Positions 16,971 to 26,416 of a stretch of 27,369 nt of DNA are shown here, one piece after another. Positions within the stretch are counted from its first letter, which is position 1. Every line of letters begins with the position of its first letter. Source of the stretch: a virus (Duplodnaviria > Caudoviricetes). Position numbers and translations under genes: made by a program. Under the pieces are notes generated by a model, which saw only the letters and a program-made list of their open reading frames with translations, had not been told where the DNA came from and made no database searches. Location of the stretch: positions 1-27,369 of IMG/VR virus record IMGVR_UViG_3300017655_000259, one strand, 5' to 3'.

Positions 16971-17486
16971 TCACCACGGCTCCAGCCCTGCCCTGTTAAG
17001 CCGATCCGCGATCATCCCGGCCGCTCTGGTGACGTGCCGTACGAACGTGGACCGCACCCACAGCTTGCGCCGGCACAAGTCCTCCAGGTTCTCCCCGCGC
17101 AGCTCGGCGTGAAGCCATGCCACAAGCTTGTCGCGATACTCCGGCACCGACAGCAGCGGGCCAGCCAGCCATGATGCATGGTCCCGGCCATCATCATCCC
17201 GCCACCCCAGCACCACCATCTCCATGCGGGCCATTTCCCGGCGCGTAGCGGTGCGGTGAAGCTTGGGCACGTCTGCCGGCCAGTCGCCGGGTGCGTTGTG
17301 GAACTCCGGCCACATCACCTTCATGCCAGCTGGCCCATAGCGACCACCCACACGGCCGAGAACGCGATAGGCGTCCAGAAGGGCCGCCTTGACCATTGCG
17401 GGCGCCCAGAGGCTCGCCTGCGGCTTGGCGTGTACCAAGACATCCCGATCGGCTTCCACCAACACCTTACGCGCCTTTGCCTTCAC
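16971..17486 (-). CDS. Putative late transcription regulator (Q-position gene)
   Basis: W...MV...L.DAY.VL...GP.G....WPE N-terminus and C-terminal HTH-like segment; last gene before the late leader. Confidence 0.6.
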   Translation of the reverse strand: MKAKARKVLVEADRDVLVHAKPQASLWAPAMVKAALLDAYRVLGRVGGRYGPAGMKVMWPEFHNAPGDWPADVPKLHRTATRREMARMEMVVLGWRDDDGRDHASWLAGPLLSVPEYRDKLVAWLHAELRGENLEDLCRRKLWVRSTFVRHVTRAAGMIADRLNRAGLEPW

Positions 17487-17872
17487 GTGACGTCCTCGAA
17501 CTGATCCTGCCGCACCACCATGCCATACGTCGCCCGCTCCACGGTACCGGAGACGATGAAGCGCCGGCAGTATTCCTCATCGCTCAGCCCTTCCTGCTGG
17601 GCCCGGGCATGGATGGTCGCCCGTTCCCGCTCCTTGATGGGGATCACGAGATAACAGTCAGATCGCTTGCCCCAGAGCGGGAGGCCCCACTTCTTGGCCA
17701 TGCAGCGAACCGTGGCATCCGTGACCTTGCCCTCTTCGTCGCTGATCATCTCGGCCACAGCGGCGGATGAATAGCCGCGACCGATGAAGAAGCCGAGCAT
17801 GGCCGCCCGGCCGTTGGTCCATTTCTCGACGAAGGAGAATCCTCCGCGCCAACGCGATGTTCTTGGCAGCAT
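17483..17872 (-). CDS. HTH DNA-binding protein, GcrA-N-like
   Basis: WTNGRAAML...G.S.A.VA.....VT..TVR..A.K.GL resembles the GcrA N-terminal HTH; translationally coupled. Confidence 0.55.
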   Translation of the reverse strand: MLPRTSRWRGGFSFVEKWTNGRAAMLGFFIGRGYSSAAVAEMISDEEGKVTDATVRCMAKKWGLPLWGKRSDCYLVIPIKERERATIHARAQQEGLSDEEYCRRFIVSGTVERATYGMVVRQDQFEDVT

Positions 17873-19752
17873 CAGAACGGCGCCTCCATATCCTTGAGCT
17901 CCTGGCGGATGTCCTCAGGCAGCGGCGGCGGCCGCTCCGGTTCTGGGTCAATGGGTCTGCGCGCCGGGCGATCGCTCTTGCCTGTCAGCCATACTATCCG
18001 CTTGTCGTTGTCGCGCCCCATGTACCCAGCATTCATCAAGGCCGTGGTCGTGCGCTTCAGGAAGTCGGCGATCTCTTTCTGCCGAGCCTCCACTTCCTCA
18101 TCAGCCGTCTTGAACGACATGCGCCGGCGTACGGCGGCGACGAAATCATTCTGGGCGACACAGACGGTGACGCGGCCAGCATCGACTCCGTGCGGCATTT
18201 GCTGCCCATGATCGGCCTGCGCGGCGGTGAGAGCGTCGAAGACAAGCTTCTGATCGCCCACCAGCTTGGTGTTGTCCTCGCCGCTCGCCCCCTCGCTGTG
18301 GCGGGCCGGGCGCACACAGACGCACGTAGTTATGTCGTCGCCGTCGCGGTCAACGCCCAGCTTCACGACCTCGAGCACGATCTTCCACTTCAGGTTGTTG
18401 ATGCCGTTCTTGTTCTTGGTCAGCACGATCTGCCGAATATGCCGGCCATCGCCGTCCAGGATTGGCTGAGGCATCTCCTTGCGGCTCTGCGGCATGGTCA
18501 TCAACGGGCGGATCTCGAACACCTGGCTGACGTTGGCCTCGATGCTGGTATGCCCACGCACTCGGCCACCGGAGGCGTTCATGTGGTGGACAAGGCAGAT
18601 GGCTGCCCCGGTCTGGTCCTTGAGACGGTTCACTCGGGCGAGCACTTTGCCTACCTCGGCGCCGTCTATCTCGTTGAGCCCTTCCGTCGCTACCGAAAGG
18701 GTATCGATGATGATGAGCTCGACCGGCATGCCGTAGTATTCCTCCCAGGCTTTGACTTGGGCGATGAGCTTGTCGATCACCTCGTCATTCATCAGCGTGA
18801 AGTCGCGGTCCATGATGATGTAGGGGATGTCGACATCGGCAGGGATATTGTTAGCCTGCCGATAGCCCTCGGCGCGCATCTGGACGCCCTTGCCGTCCTC
18901 GCACGCGATGTGGATCACCACTCCCTTGCGGGTGATGCGGTCGCCGTACTGAAGGCCCCGCGCAACCTTCATGCCCATGTCCATGACCACGAAGGATTTC
19001 CCGGCCTGCTTCTCGGCCGCGAGGATGAACACGCCGTTGCGCTCCACCAAGCCCTTGATCATCCAGTCGTACTCGATGGGCTTGCCGGCAAGGCTGTTCA
19101 TGGTCCGCGCACCAAACCCAACGGGTGGTCGCGGTCGCCATGTTGGGCAGGCGTCGATCAACGTCCGAAGCTTCTCCGAATCCCCGCCAGCGGCAACCCA
19201 CTCTACCAGGTCGCCTTTGAGCGGGATTCCGGGAAGATGCAGCACCTTCACCGATGCCGCGACGTGCCGGAGCATCGATGCAACCGATTCCGCATGGTCC
19301 TGCCCAGGGAATACGGGGCGCCCATCCTTGTGGAAGCGCAGTTCCCTCGTCTCGATGACTTCGCCATTCTCTCCCCGGGTGCGCACCTTCTTGGTGGCCT
19401 GCGGGTCGTTATCAGGCAGGATTACGACACTGGCACCGCGGAAGGTCTCGGCCATTTCGGCCGTGAAGTTGTTGCCGGCGCCGCCGCTGTTGGTTGTCGC
19501 CTCCCAGCCGAGCTCGACAGCTTTCCTTGCCGCCCGCTCTCCTTCGGCGATGAGAACCGTCTTGCCCTCAGCAATGGCCTGTTCGATTTCCGGCCAGCGG
19601 AATAGGCAGGGTGCCCGCCCGTTTAGGCCGAAGGTTATTCTGCCCTGGGCATCGCGGCTCTTCTGCTTGAAGGTCTTTTTCGGCTTCCCGGATTCGGCGT
19701 CGATGACGACCGAACCGTCAGGACGGCGGTACTGATAACGGATGACGCGGTA
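17872..19752 (-). pseudogene. Primase (TOPRIM)-helicase (RepA/AAA_25-like), N-terminus deleted
   Basis: Frame is open upstream of ATG 19455 through YRVIRY..KKTFKQ..VLIAEGE..ATTNSGG; PDND motif; Walker A AEKQAGKS, Walker B IIIDT, LVHH and RGHTS; no native start or Zn finger. Confidence 0.85.
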
Positions 19753-20387
19753 TGGCGGTGCAGACGAGCATCGATGGCTTCCGCCTCATCGCTGAGCGCA
19801 GCGGCAAGTATGCCGGCCAGGTCGGTCCGTTCTGGTGCGGCGCCGATGGAGTCTGGAAGGATGTCTGGCTGTCGCCTGAGCCGCCGGTGGCCGCTCGTGT
19901 TGGTGTTCTGCGTTCCGACTTCAGCGAACCGTGCTGGGGTGTTGCCCGGTTCGACGCCTATGCCGGCCGCACCAGGGATGGTGGCCTTACTCGCATGTGG
20001 GGAACCATGGGTGACGTCATGATCGCCAAGTGTGGCGAGGCGCTGGCCCTCCGAAAGGCGTTCCCGCAGGAGCTGTCCGGGCTCTACACCGCCGACGAGA
20101 TGGCGCAGGCTGCCAACAGCGACACCGCGCCGGAGCCGGGTGCAACCAAGTCGAAGAAGGATTCCCGGGAGCTTTGGAGCCGCCTCTCCGCTGCCAACCG
20201 CGCCTGCGCCACCATGGAGGCGTTCGAGGCCCTGTGGAGCCATCCGGCAACGGTCAAGGCGCTTGAAACCATGCCTGCGGATTGGCGCAAGACGCTCCTC
20301 GATGAGAAGGCCGAAAGGGCCGACGAGCTGACAAGCCAGCCCGCGGCGTCCAATGGCGATGACGGCTTCCCCGGTGACCTGCCGTGA
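19752..20387 (+). pseudogene. bet: Bet/RecT-family single-strand annealing protein, 5'-truncated
   Basis: Starts at the normally internal motif [19 protein letters not shown]; also [24 protein letters not shown]. Confidence 0.85.
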
Positions 20388-20617
20388 CCCAGCGCATCTT
20401 CGATAAGCTCGATCACGGCCTGCAACGAGGCGACGAGGTACTCGTCGATCGTGAATGGTACCCCGTCATCGGATACGTCGGCATACATCATCCTATCGCC
20501 GGCATGACTGGCAGCATCTTCACCAACAAGCCCATCGGCAAGTACGAGCCGTGGCTCGGCTATCGCATAGATTTTGCGCTGATCGAGGACTGCAGACGCC
20601 CCGCGAGGACCGACTGA
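20384..20617 (+). CDS. Hypothetical protein
   Basis: 77 aa; GTGA and TGATG coupling on both sides. Confidence 0.6.
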   Translation: MTQRIFDKLDHGLQRGDEVLVDREWYPVIGYVGIHHPIAGMTGSIFTNKPIGKYEPWLGYRIDFALIEDCRRPARTD

Positions 20618-21096
20618 TGCCGCGCCAGATCGTCACCCTCCTCAATGCCCGGCTCGAGGAGCGCGCAATCGCGCTGGTCCGTGAGGCCTTTGCGAAGCGC
20701 CCAGGCAGCCGCGTCGAGATCAAGGGACCGAAGCGGTCCAACGACCAGAACGCCGCGATGTGGGCCATGCTGGGCGATCTGGCGGCGCAATTGAAATGGC
20801 AGGTCGACGGCGGCCTGCGCCTCCTCGATGCCGAGGAGTAGAAGCTGGTGATGCTCGACGCCCTGCGCCGGGAGAATCGTGACCAGATGAAGCTGGTCCC
20901 CAATTCCGATCATACCGGGTTCGTCAATATCAGCGGCACGTCGTCGTCGGACCTCGAAGGCACCGAGATGCATGACCTTCTGACGATCATTTCGGCCTTC
21001 GGTGACCAGCATGGCGTCGAGTGGAGCGTCCCGAAGAGCCCGAAAGTCGACAGCCGCCCTCTCCCGCCAGTCGAAGCCTATGAGGAGGTGCGCTGA
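20617..21096 (+). pseudogene. ninB: NinB/Orf-family recombination protein with internal TAG (20839-20841)
   Basis: KRSNDQNAAMWAML.DLA.Q..W...L.AEE*K....A...SSS.L...EM.DL...I.AFG.QHGV.WS; the stop sits where W is expected and the frame continues. Confidence 0.85.
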
Positions 21097-21221
21097 TGCT
21101 GATCGCCACCGCTCGCGTCAATCCCACAACCTACGGCAAGCCCGTGACGCTCAAGCAGGCGCTCGACCATCTGGCGCGTGTCCGTCCATCGGCCATGCCT
21201 CTGCCGAAGCGGAGGCGATAA
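21096..21221 (+). CDS. Small hypothetical protein (41 aa)
   Basis: GAGGAGG RBS; TGATG and TAATG overlaps with both neighbours. Confidence 0.5.
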   Translation: MLIATARVNPTTYGKPVTLKQALDHLARVRPSAMPLPKRRR

Positions 21222-21607
21222 TGGCCAAGCGCTACGAGTTCACAAAGGCCATCAAGCGTGAAGCGCTCAAGCGCTCCGGACGCCGTTGCGAGGCCATCGG
21301 CACCGTCTATGGCCTCGGGCCGGGCGAACGCTGTAATGCGCCGCTCGACCAAGGTGTCGAGTTCGATCACTACCCTGCCCCAGCAACTGACCCCGGAAGC
21401 GACACGCTGGAGAACTGTGTTGCCTGTTGCCCGACATGCCATCGCAGGAAAACAGGCGCCTACGACGTCCCTATGCAGGCCAAGGGCAAGCGCGTGAGCG
21501 ACAAGCATCTCGGCATCAAGCCTCGCCCGCGGTCGACGTTTCCGGGATCTCGCAATTCCAAGTTCAAGCGCCGCATGGACGGCACCATCGTGAGGAGAGA
21601 CGCATGA
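21221..21607 (+). CDS. HNH endonuclease (early region)
   Basis: EFDHYP...DTLENCVACCPTCHRRKT...SKFKRRMDGTIV; GGAGG RBS. Confidence 0.85.
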   Translation: MAKRYEFTKAIKREALKRSGRRCEAIGTVYGLGPGERCNAPLDQGVEFDHYPAPATDPGSDTLENCVACCPTCHRRKTGAYDVPMQAKGKRVSDKHLGIKPRPRSTFPGSRNSKFKRRMDGTIVRRDA

Positions 21608-22032
21608 CTGACGACATCACCTGGTCCTCCGGCTGCCTTGTGCTCTCGCTGGCGGACAAGAACGTGGCCATGGGCTTTACACCCGCCGAGATATGGAACG
21701 CCATCCAGCAGATTCATGACGATGACGTCGCAGACATGCGGGTCGAGCGTCTTCCTGGGCCGCGCAACATGTTCCAGCCGCAGGATCGTACCCTGTGGAT
21801 CGCGGAGCGGTGGGCGCAGCAGTTCAACTTCGGTGCCGGCATCGAGCCGACCGACTACCTGGCCCCCTTCCCCGCATTCGTCCGGCACCATCTCGAGGCC
21901 GAACTTATCGCTCAGTGGGAGGCGCTGCATCAGAACGTCGTCATAGGCGACTTTAAGCGCCACATGACGGCCGAGCAGGTCAGCGCCCTCAAGAGCGTGG
22001 CCATGCATCTCGTGGGAGGGCGCAATGGCTGA
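21604..22032 (+). CDS. Hypothetical protein
   Basis: ATGA-coupled; GAGGAG RBS. Confidence 0.65.
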   Translation: MTDDITWSSGCLVLSLADKNVAMGFTPAEIWNAIQQIHDDDVADMRVERLPGPRNMFQPQDRTLWIAERWAQQFNFGAGIEPTDYLAPFPAFVRHHLEAELIAQWEALHQNVVIGDFKRHMTAEQVSALKSVAMHLVGGRNG

Positions 22033-22672
22033 TAAGCCCATTCTCTTCTCTGGGGCGATGGTCCGCGCGCTGCTCGCCGGCACCAAGACGCAGACCCGGC
22101 GGGCGATCGAGCCGGTCGGCGGCGAATTCCATGATGGCGACATCGTAGCTTCGTGGCAGGGAAACGCTGCCCGCTTCCGCCCGCGCTATCGCGTCGGCGA
22201 CCGGCTCTATGTCCGCGAGAGCGCGTGGTACGACCGAGAGATCATTCCAGAAATCGGATGCGACAGAGTATTCTTCGAGGGCGGTCACGTTCGTTTCTCC
22301 GATGGCCGATCCGGGCAGGCTCCTGGGCACCCTGATGTCCACACGGCGGAGATGTTCGGCTTCAACGCCAGTTTGAAGAGGCGACCCGGCATCCACATGC
22401 CGCGCTGGGCGTCCCGCATCACGCTCACCGTGACCGATGTTCGGGTCGAGCGGTTGCAGGATATTAGTCCAGAAGACGCCATCGCCGAAGGCGTGGAGCA
22501 TCCCGGTCGGGGAAATCCCTTCATCGACGGCGACGGCATGGCCGTTGAGGTCTATCGCACCATTTGGGAGGACATCAACGGCCCCGGCGCATGGGACGCC
22601 AACCCTTGGGTTGCCGCCTACACCTTCACCGTCGCCCTCGGGAATATCGACCAGATCGGGAGGGCGGCATGA
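22025..22672 (+). CDS. ASCH/PUA-like phage protein
   Basis: PILFS..MVRALL.G.KTQTRR, GDRLYVRE, P.IHMPRWASRITL, VERLQDIS..DA.AEG, W.ANPWV. Confidence 0.85.
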   Translation: MADKPILFSGAMVRALLAGTKTQTRRAIEPVGGEFHDGDIVASWQGNAARFRPRYRVGDRLYVRESAWYDREIIPEIGCDRVFFEGGHVRFSDGRSGQAPGHPDVHTAEMFGFNASLKRRPGIHMPRWASRITLTVTDVRVERLQDISPEDAIAEGVEHPGRGNPFIDGDGMAVEVYRTIWEDINGPGAWDANPWVAAYTFTVALGNIDQIGRAA

Positions 22673-23118
22673 CCTCCCCCGATCTCCATTCCCTGCTGGA
22701 TAGGGTGCGCGAGGCAACGGGACCGGATGCGGTGCTCGACGCGGAAATAGCGGCCACGATCGGCCCTATCGTCATGCGCCAGACCTCAGACGGCAGCTAT
22801 GCCTTCTTCGACCGGCGCAGGGACAACATATGCTTCTTGTGCAACGTCCGAAGCGCTCCGTTTGACGAGCTAAGCACTTGCCTTTCCGTGCCATCCTACT
22901 CCCTCTCCCTCGACGCCACAGTTGCGCTGATCGAGGAGAAGCTGCCGGGTTGGCAACGCGCAAGCGGCACCTGTGGCGAGCAGGATATGCCATGGGCCTG
23001 CCTCACCCAGCCTGACGAGCCGTATCGCGACTTCGCAGCGGCCGCGCCGGACGAAGTGCTCGCCCTTCTCGACGCTCTCCTCCAAGCCCTTATCGAGGTG
23101 AACCATGACGAAGCCTGA
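22669..23118 (+). CDS. Hypothetical phage protein
   Basis: L..RV..ATGPD..LD.EI...P.Y..SLDA..AL....LPGW motif; ATGA-coupled. Confidence 0.7.
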   Translation: MTSPDLHSLLDRVREATGPDAVLDAEIAATIGPIVMRQTSDGSYAFFDRRRDNICFLCNVRSAPFDELSTCLSVPSYSLSLDATVALIEEKLPGWQRASGTCGEQDMPWACLTQPDEPYRDFAAAAPDEVLALLDALLQALIEVNHDEA

Positions 23119-23377
23119 CGATATCCCGCAGGATGTGTGGGTAGATGCCGGCATTGAGCTTGCTGGCAGGCGCATCCCAGCCTCCGACACGGAAGTAGCC
23201 GACACGGTAGCAGGATGGGCCCGCGAGATAGCTTCTCGCGCCATCCTTGCCGAGCGCGAGCGGTGCGTAAAGCTCTGCGACAAGGAAGTGCGTGAAGCGC
23301 GAGCGCACAAGCTCTTGATGCAGGCGCAAGGCGCCCATTGGTGCGCGTCGGCAATTCGGAAAGGAGACCAGCCATGA
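23105..23377 (+). CDS. Hypothetical phage protein
   Basis: PDDIPQDVW...AILAERERC...AIR motif; GAGG RBS. Confidence 0.7.
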   Translation: MTKPDDIPQDVWVDAGIELAGRRIPASDTEVADTVAGWAREIASRAILAERERCVKLCDKEVREARAHKLLMQAQGAHWCASAIRKGDQP

Positions 23378-23859
23378 TGCCCATGAATAAGGATGGGGTG
23401 AGCGACGAACGGCTCGCATCGTTTGCAGAGCCGGAAGCCATGACACGAGGCCCGACCATGCAGGAATGCATAGATATGGCGCGCGAACTTCAAGCCTGTC
23501 GCCGCGCCCCTGCCGTGGTGACGGAGGAAGAGCCGATGATCGCGCTAGGCCTCGCATGGCTACGAGGCGAAAAGGGGGCGGCTGACCCACGGGACCTTCA
23601 GCTTGCCGCGAATGCCATTGCTGCGGCCCTCTCCGTGCGCGCTGAACCGGTGGCTTGGCTGCACATCAATAGCGCCCCAGAGGACGAGCACGTCATCCTC
23701 TGCACGACCGGAGGCCACGTTGGCGAGGCACTCATGCTCTGCGATGAAGAATCGGGAGAGCAGAAGTGGACCTGGGCGCTAGGCCCAGTTCATCCGAAGC
23801 ATAAGCCGCTTGGCTGGATGCCGATGCCGCCAGCGATCAACATGGCTATGGAGGAGTGA
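23374..23859 (+). CDS. Hypothetical protein with DUF551-like C-terminus
   Basis: W..I.SAP.D...P.GWMPMP; AGGAG RBS; ATGA-coupled. Confidence 0.65.
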   Translation: MMPMNKDGVSDERLASFAEPEAMTRGPTMQECIDMARELQACRRAPAVVTEEEPMIALGLAWLRGEKGAADPRDLQLAANAIAAALSVRAEPVAWLHINSAPEDEHVILCTTGGHVGEALMLCDEESGEQKWTWALGPVHPKHKPLGWMPMPPAINMAMEE

Positions 23860-24047
23860 CGATGGCAGCTAACCCTATACCGGAGGATGCCGAACACGCC
23901 CTGCGTAGCGCCTATGCAGCGCTGGCTTTCGCCTTTCGGCGCTTGGAAGGCTCGGCCCGATCTCGAGATACTGAGCTTTGCTCGTCCTTGCTCAAAGTCC
24001 GCGCTGAGATCGAAACCGTTCTCAAAGCACACGGAGCACCGTCATGA
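23856..24047 (+). CDS. Hypothetical protein
   Basis: 63 aa; GGAGGAG RBS; coupled to neighbours. Confidence 0.6.
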   Translation: MTMAANPIPEDAEHALRSAYAALAFAFRRLEGSARSRDTELCSSLLKVRAEIETVLKAHGAPS

Positions 24048-24913
24048 CCAATCTACCTGAACGCATTTTCGCCCATGAGGGCAATGAGAGCGTCGAGTAT
24101 ATCAGGGTCGATCTTGCGGAACATGCCTCGAACGAAACGGGAAACGCCGGTAAACCTTTGCCGAATGACCCCAATAATGTCCCTGAAAATGAGAACATAC
24201 AGCTGGCGGCATTCGCTCCCGCTGAACCGGTGACGGTGAAGCCGCTGGAATGGGGAAAGACCAGCTACGGCGCGCCGGAAGCGTTCTCAGTGGTCGGCGT
24301 CTATCGCATCAACGAAGCTGTAAACGGTGGGTATGCTGTAGTGTTCGGAGGGCTACGCGGTCGCGCCCTTTCTGGGCCAGATGGCCGAACCAACTTCGCC
24401 GATTTGGACGGTGCCAAAGATGCCGCCCAAGCCCACTTCGGTCAGGCCATCAACTCGGCACTGGTCAAGGCTCCCGCGCCGGCCGATGCGTCGGCGCTGT
24501 CGAATGCGCTGGCCAAATTCGCAGAGAGCCGGAGCAACAATCTCGGCTTCCACAGCAAAGTATATGGCGATGATGACGACGAGCCCACTCACGATAAATG
24601 GGTAATCTGGCAGGAGAGCGGCCCGATTAATGATCGGGAGTGGGACGTGCTCGCGGCTGCGGAGAGCCCGGCTGCTGCATTGCTCGCGCTTGTTGGGGAC
24701 GCCCCCGCGCCTGCCGTGCCTGATGGGTGGAAGGAAGCCGTTGCACCGTTCGCCTCACTGATCCCTGATGCTCTGGATGATGGCTACGAGGACGACGACC
24801 TTATTCGTCTTGTTGGCCATTTCGGCATCATCGACACGCTGCATGTGCGCGACTTCCGGCGGCTAGCACGTGCCGCCTCCCCTTCCCAGCCTCAAGCGGG
24901 GGACGGGGAATGA
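24044..24913 (+). CDS. Mosaic hypothetical phage protein
   Basis: 289 aa; PERI..EYIR.DL, VKPLEW and AKDAAQAH modules typical of early-region ORFs. Confidence 0.7.
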   Translation: MTNLPERIFAHEGNESVEYIRVDLAEHASNETGNAGKPLPNDPNNVPENENIQLAAFAPAEPVTVKPLEWGKTSYGAPEAFSVVGVYRINEAVNGGYAVVFGGLRGRALSGPDGRTNFADLDGAKDAAQAHFGQAINSALVKAPAPADASALSNALAKFAESRSNNLGFHSKVYGDDDDEPTHDKWVIWQESGPINDREWDVLAAAESPAAALLALVGDAPAPAVPDGWKEAVAPFASLIPDALDDGYEDDDLIRLVGHFGIIDTLHVRDFRRLARAASPSQPQAGDGE

Positions 24914-25206
24914 TCATCACACTGAAAACCGCTGAACGCGTTGTCTCGCTGCACGCTCAGGTCAGGGCATTGCGTGCCGATATTGAGATGCTGACGGGAC
25001 CAGAGCGCAAGATTTCGCAAGGCGGCGTCTACGTTACAACCGGCACTGGCTCGTTCGGGGTGAGCAGTCAAAAGGGCTTCAAGATCGAGAGTGAGGCCGC
25101 ACAAAAGGCCGCGTTCGAATTTATCCGTCGCAGCGTTGAATCCCGCCTTGCCGCATGCATCCGCGAACTGAACCAACTCGGAGCGGAGGTGCCCCATGAC
25201 CGCTAA
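24910..25206 (+). CDS. Hypothetical protein
   Basis: 98 aa; ATGA-coupled. Confidence 0.6.
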   Translation: MIITLKTAERVVSLHAQVRALRADIEMLTGPERKISQGGVYVTTGTGSFGVSSQKGFKIESEAAQKAAFEFIRRSVESRLAACIRELNQLGAEVPHDR

Positions 25207-25597
25207 CCCAACCCACGCGGAGCTGGTGGAGGTTTTGCGCGCCGGAGTACGGCACGCCGGCGAAGCCGCCACGGACGATGGCTTGATCGAGTTGTTCGAC
25301 ATCGAGGGGGCGGACGAGATCATGAATGAAGCCGCAGACGCCCTCGAAGAGGCAGATACCCTGCGAGCGGAGAATGCGCGGCTGCGGGAGGCGCTGACGC
25401 CGAGCGCGGGCACGAAAGCCGCCTATATCGGCGAGTGGCACGAAGAGGTCGAACTCTACAACCCAGCGCACGAAGACGATGAGGATGAGCCGGAAACGAT
25501 CTCGCATCACGTGCCGGTGTCTTGGACAACCATAAAGTCGATCATGGCCGCTATCCGCGCCCGTGCCGCTCTCAACCCCGAGAGGGCAGAGAAATGA
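25196..25597 (+). CDS. Hypothetical phage protein
   Basis: EAADALE..LRAEN.RLREALTPS..TKAAYIGE...V.WTTIK.IM; GGAGG RBS. Confidence 0.7.
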   Translation: MTANPTHAELVEVLRAGVRHAGEAATDDGLIELFDIEGADEIMNEAADALEEADTLRAENARLREALTPSAGTKAAYIGEWHEEVELYNPAHEDDEDEPETISHHVPVSWTTIKSIMAAIRARAALNPERAEK

Positions 25598-25881
25598 GCA
25601 GGCTGCTGCATCCGATCATGACACCAGCCCGCAAAGCGTGGCTTGAGCATCTGCGAGACCATGGGCCTGCGAAGCGTGGGAAATCACCTGTCGGCTTCAA
25701 TTGCATGCGCCTGGGCTGGACGGAGTGGAACTATAGCCTTCCTGGCGGAACACCAATCACGCCGGAATTGGCTAAAGAATGCTTCGGCAGCTATTGGTTC
25801 GACAGCGTCACAAACAATTTCGAGGAACGCATCACCCCTGCCGGCCGCGCCGCCCTCGAACTCGCGAGGCCCGACAAATGA
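25594..25881 (+). CDS. Hypothetical protein
   Basis: MT.A.KAWL..L...ITPAGRAAL winged-helix-like ending; ATGA-coupled. Confidence 0.6.
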   Translation: MSRLLHPIMTPARKAWLEHLRDHGPAKRGKSPVGFNCMRLGWTEWNYSLPGGTPITPELAKECFGSYWFDSVTNNFEERITPAGRAALELARPDK

Positions 25882-26132
25882 CCAGCATGCGGGAGAAGAT
25901 CGCAAGGAAAGCCTACGTTGTCCTGCATGGGTCCAAGGCGCCGGAAGACATGTCGGTCCCCTATGCCTCCGCCTCGAAGATTGGAAAGGCGTACAAGGTC
26001 GCCGATGCCGTCCTCGATGCTCTCATGGAGCCCACGGAGGGGATGGTTGCCGCGATGGATGAGCATTCTGGCACTATCGCGCCGGAGTGCGCCTACCAGG
26101 CCGGCATCCAAGCCGCGAGGGACGGAGCATGA
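25878..26132 (+). CDS. Hypothetical protein
   Basis: MREKIAR...A.AVL.AL.EPTE.M..A motif; ATGA-coupled. Confidence 0.65.
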   Translation: MTSMREKIARKAYVVLHGSKAPEDMSVPYASASKIGKAYKVADAVLDALMEPTEGMVAAMDEHSGTIAPECAYQAGIQAARDGA

Positions 26133-26416
26133 GCCAGGTACGTCCATTCACGCCGGAGACCTTAGCCGAGGTCTGGGGATGCTCCGCAAATCATGTCCGC
26201 AATCTTGTGAAGCGCGGCGAATTGAAGGCTTTCCGTCTCGGTCCTCGCCTGATTAGGATACCGGCTGCCGCCGTCGAGGAGTACGAGCAATGCCAGATGA
26301 CTACCGAATTGGGCGCCTTAACGGTCGCTTCGTCGTCTCCTGGTGGGTCGATGGCAAGCGAAAGCGTTATCGTCTTGACGCACTCACGGCCAAGGATGCG
26401 GAAAGAGAAGCACTAG
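26129..26416 (+). CDS. xis: Excisionase (HTH_17/MerR-like)
   Basis: FTPETLAEVWGCSANHVRNLVKRGELKAFRLGPRLIRIP; overlaps the integrase 5' end. Confidence 0.85.
   Translation: MSQVRPFTPETLAEVWGCSANHVRNLVKRGELKAFRLGPRLIRIPAAAVEEYEQCQMTTELGALTVASSSPGGSMASESVIVLTHSRPRMRKEKH

Noticed and set aside
17857-19605. 582-aa plus-strand ORF
   Set aside because: Antisense shadow of the primase-helicase in GC-rich DNA; no recognisable motifs.
7960-19760. Common recombinase motif at the four junctions (CAT/GCAT)
   Set aside because: Only 3-4 nt, not present at all junctions, and exact breakpoints are unknown without the parent sequence.
24119-24133. Second GAAC-N7-GAAC match
   Set aside because: Inside a CDS; about one chance match is expected in a window this size.
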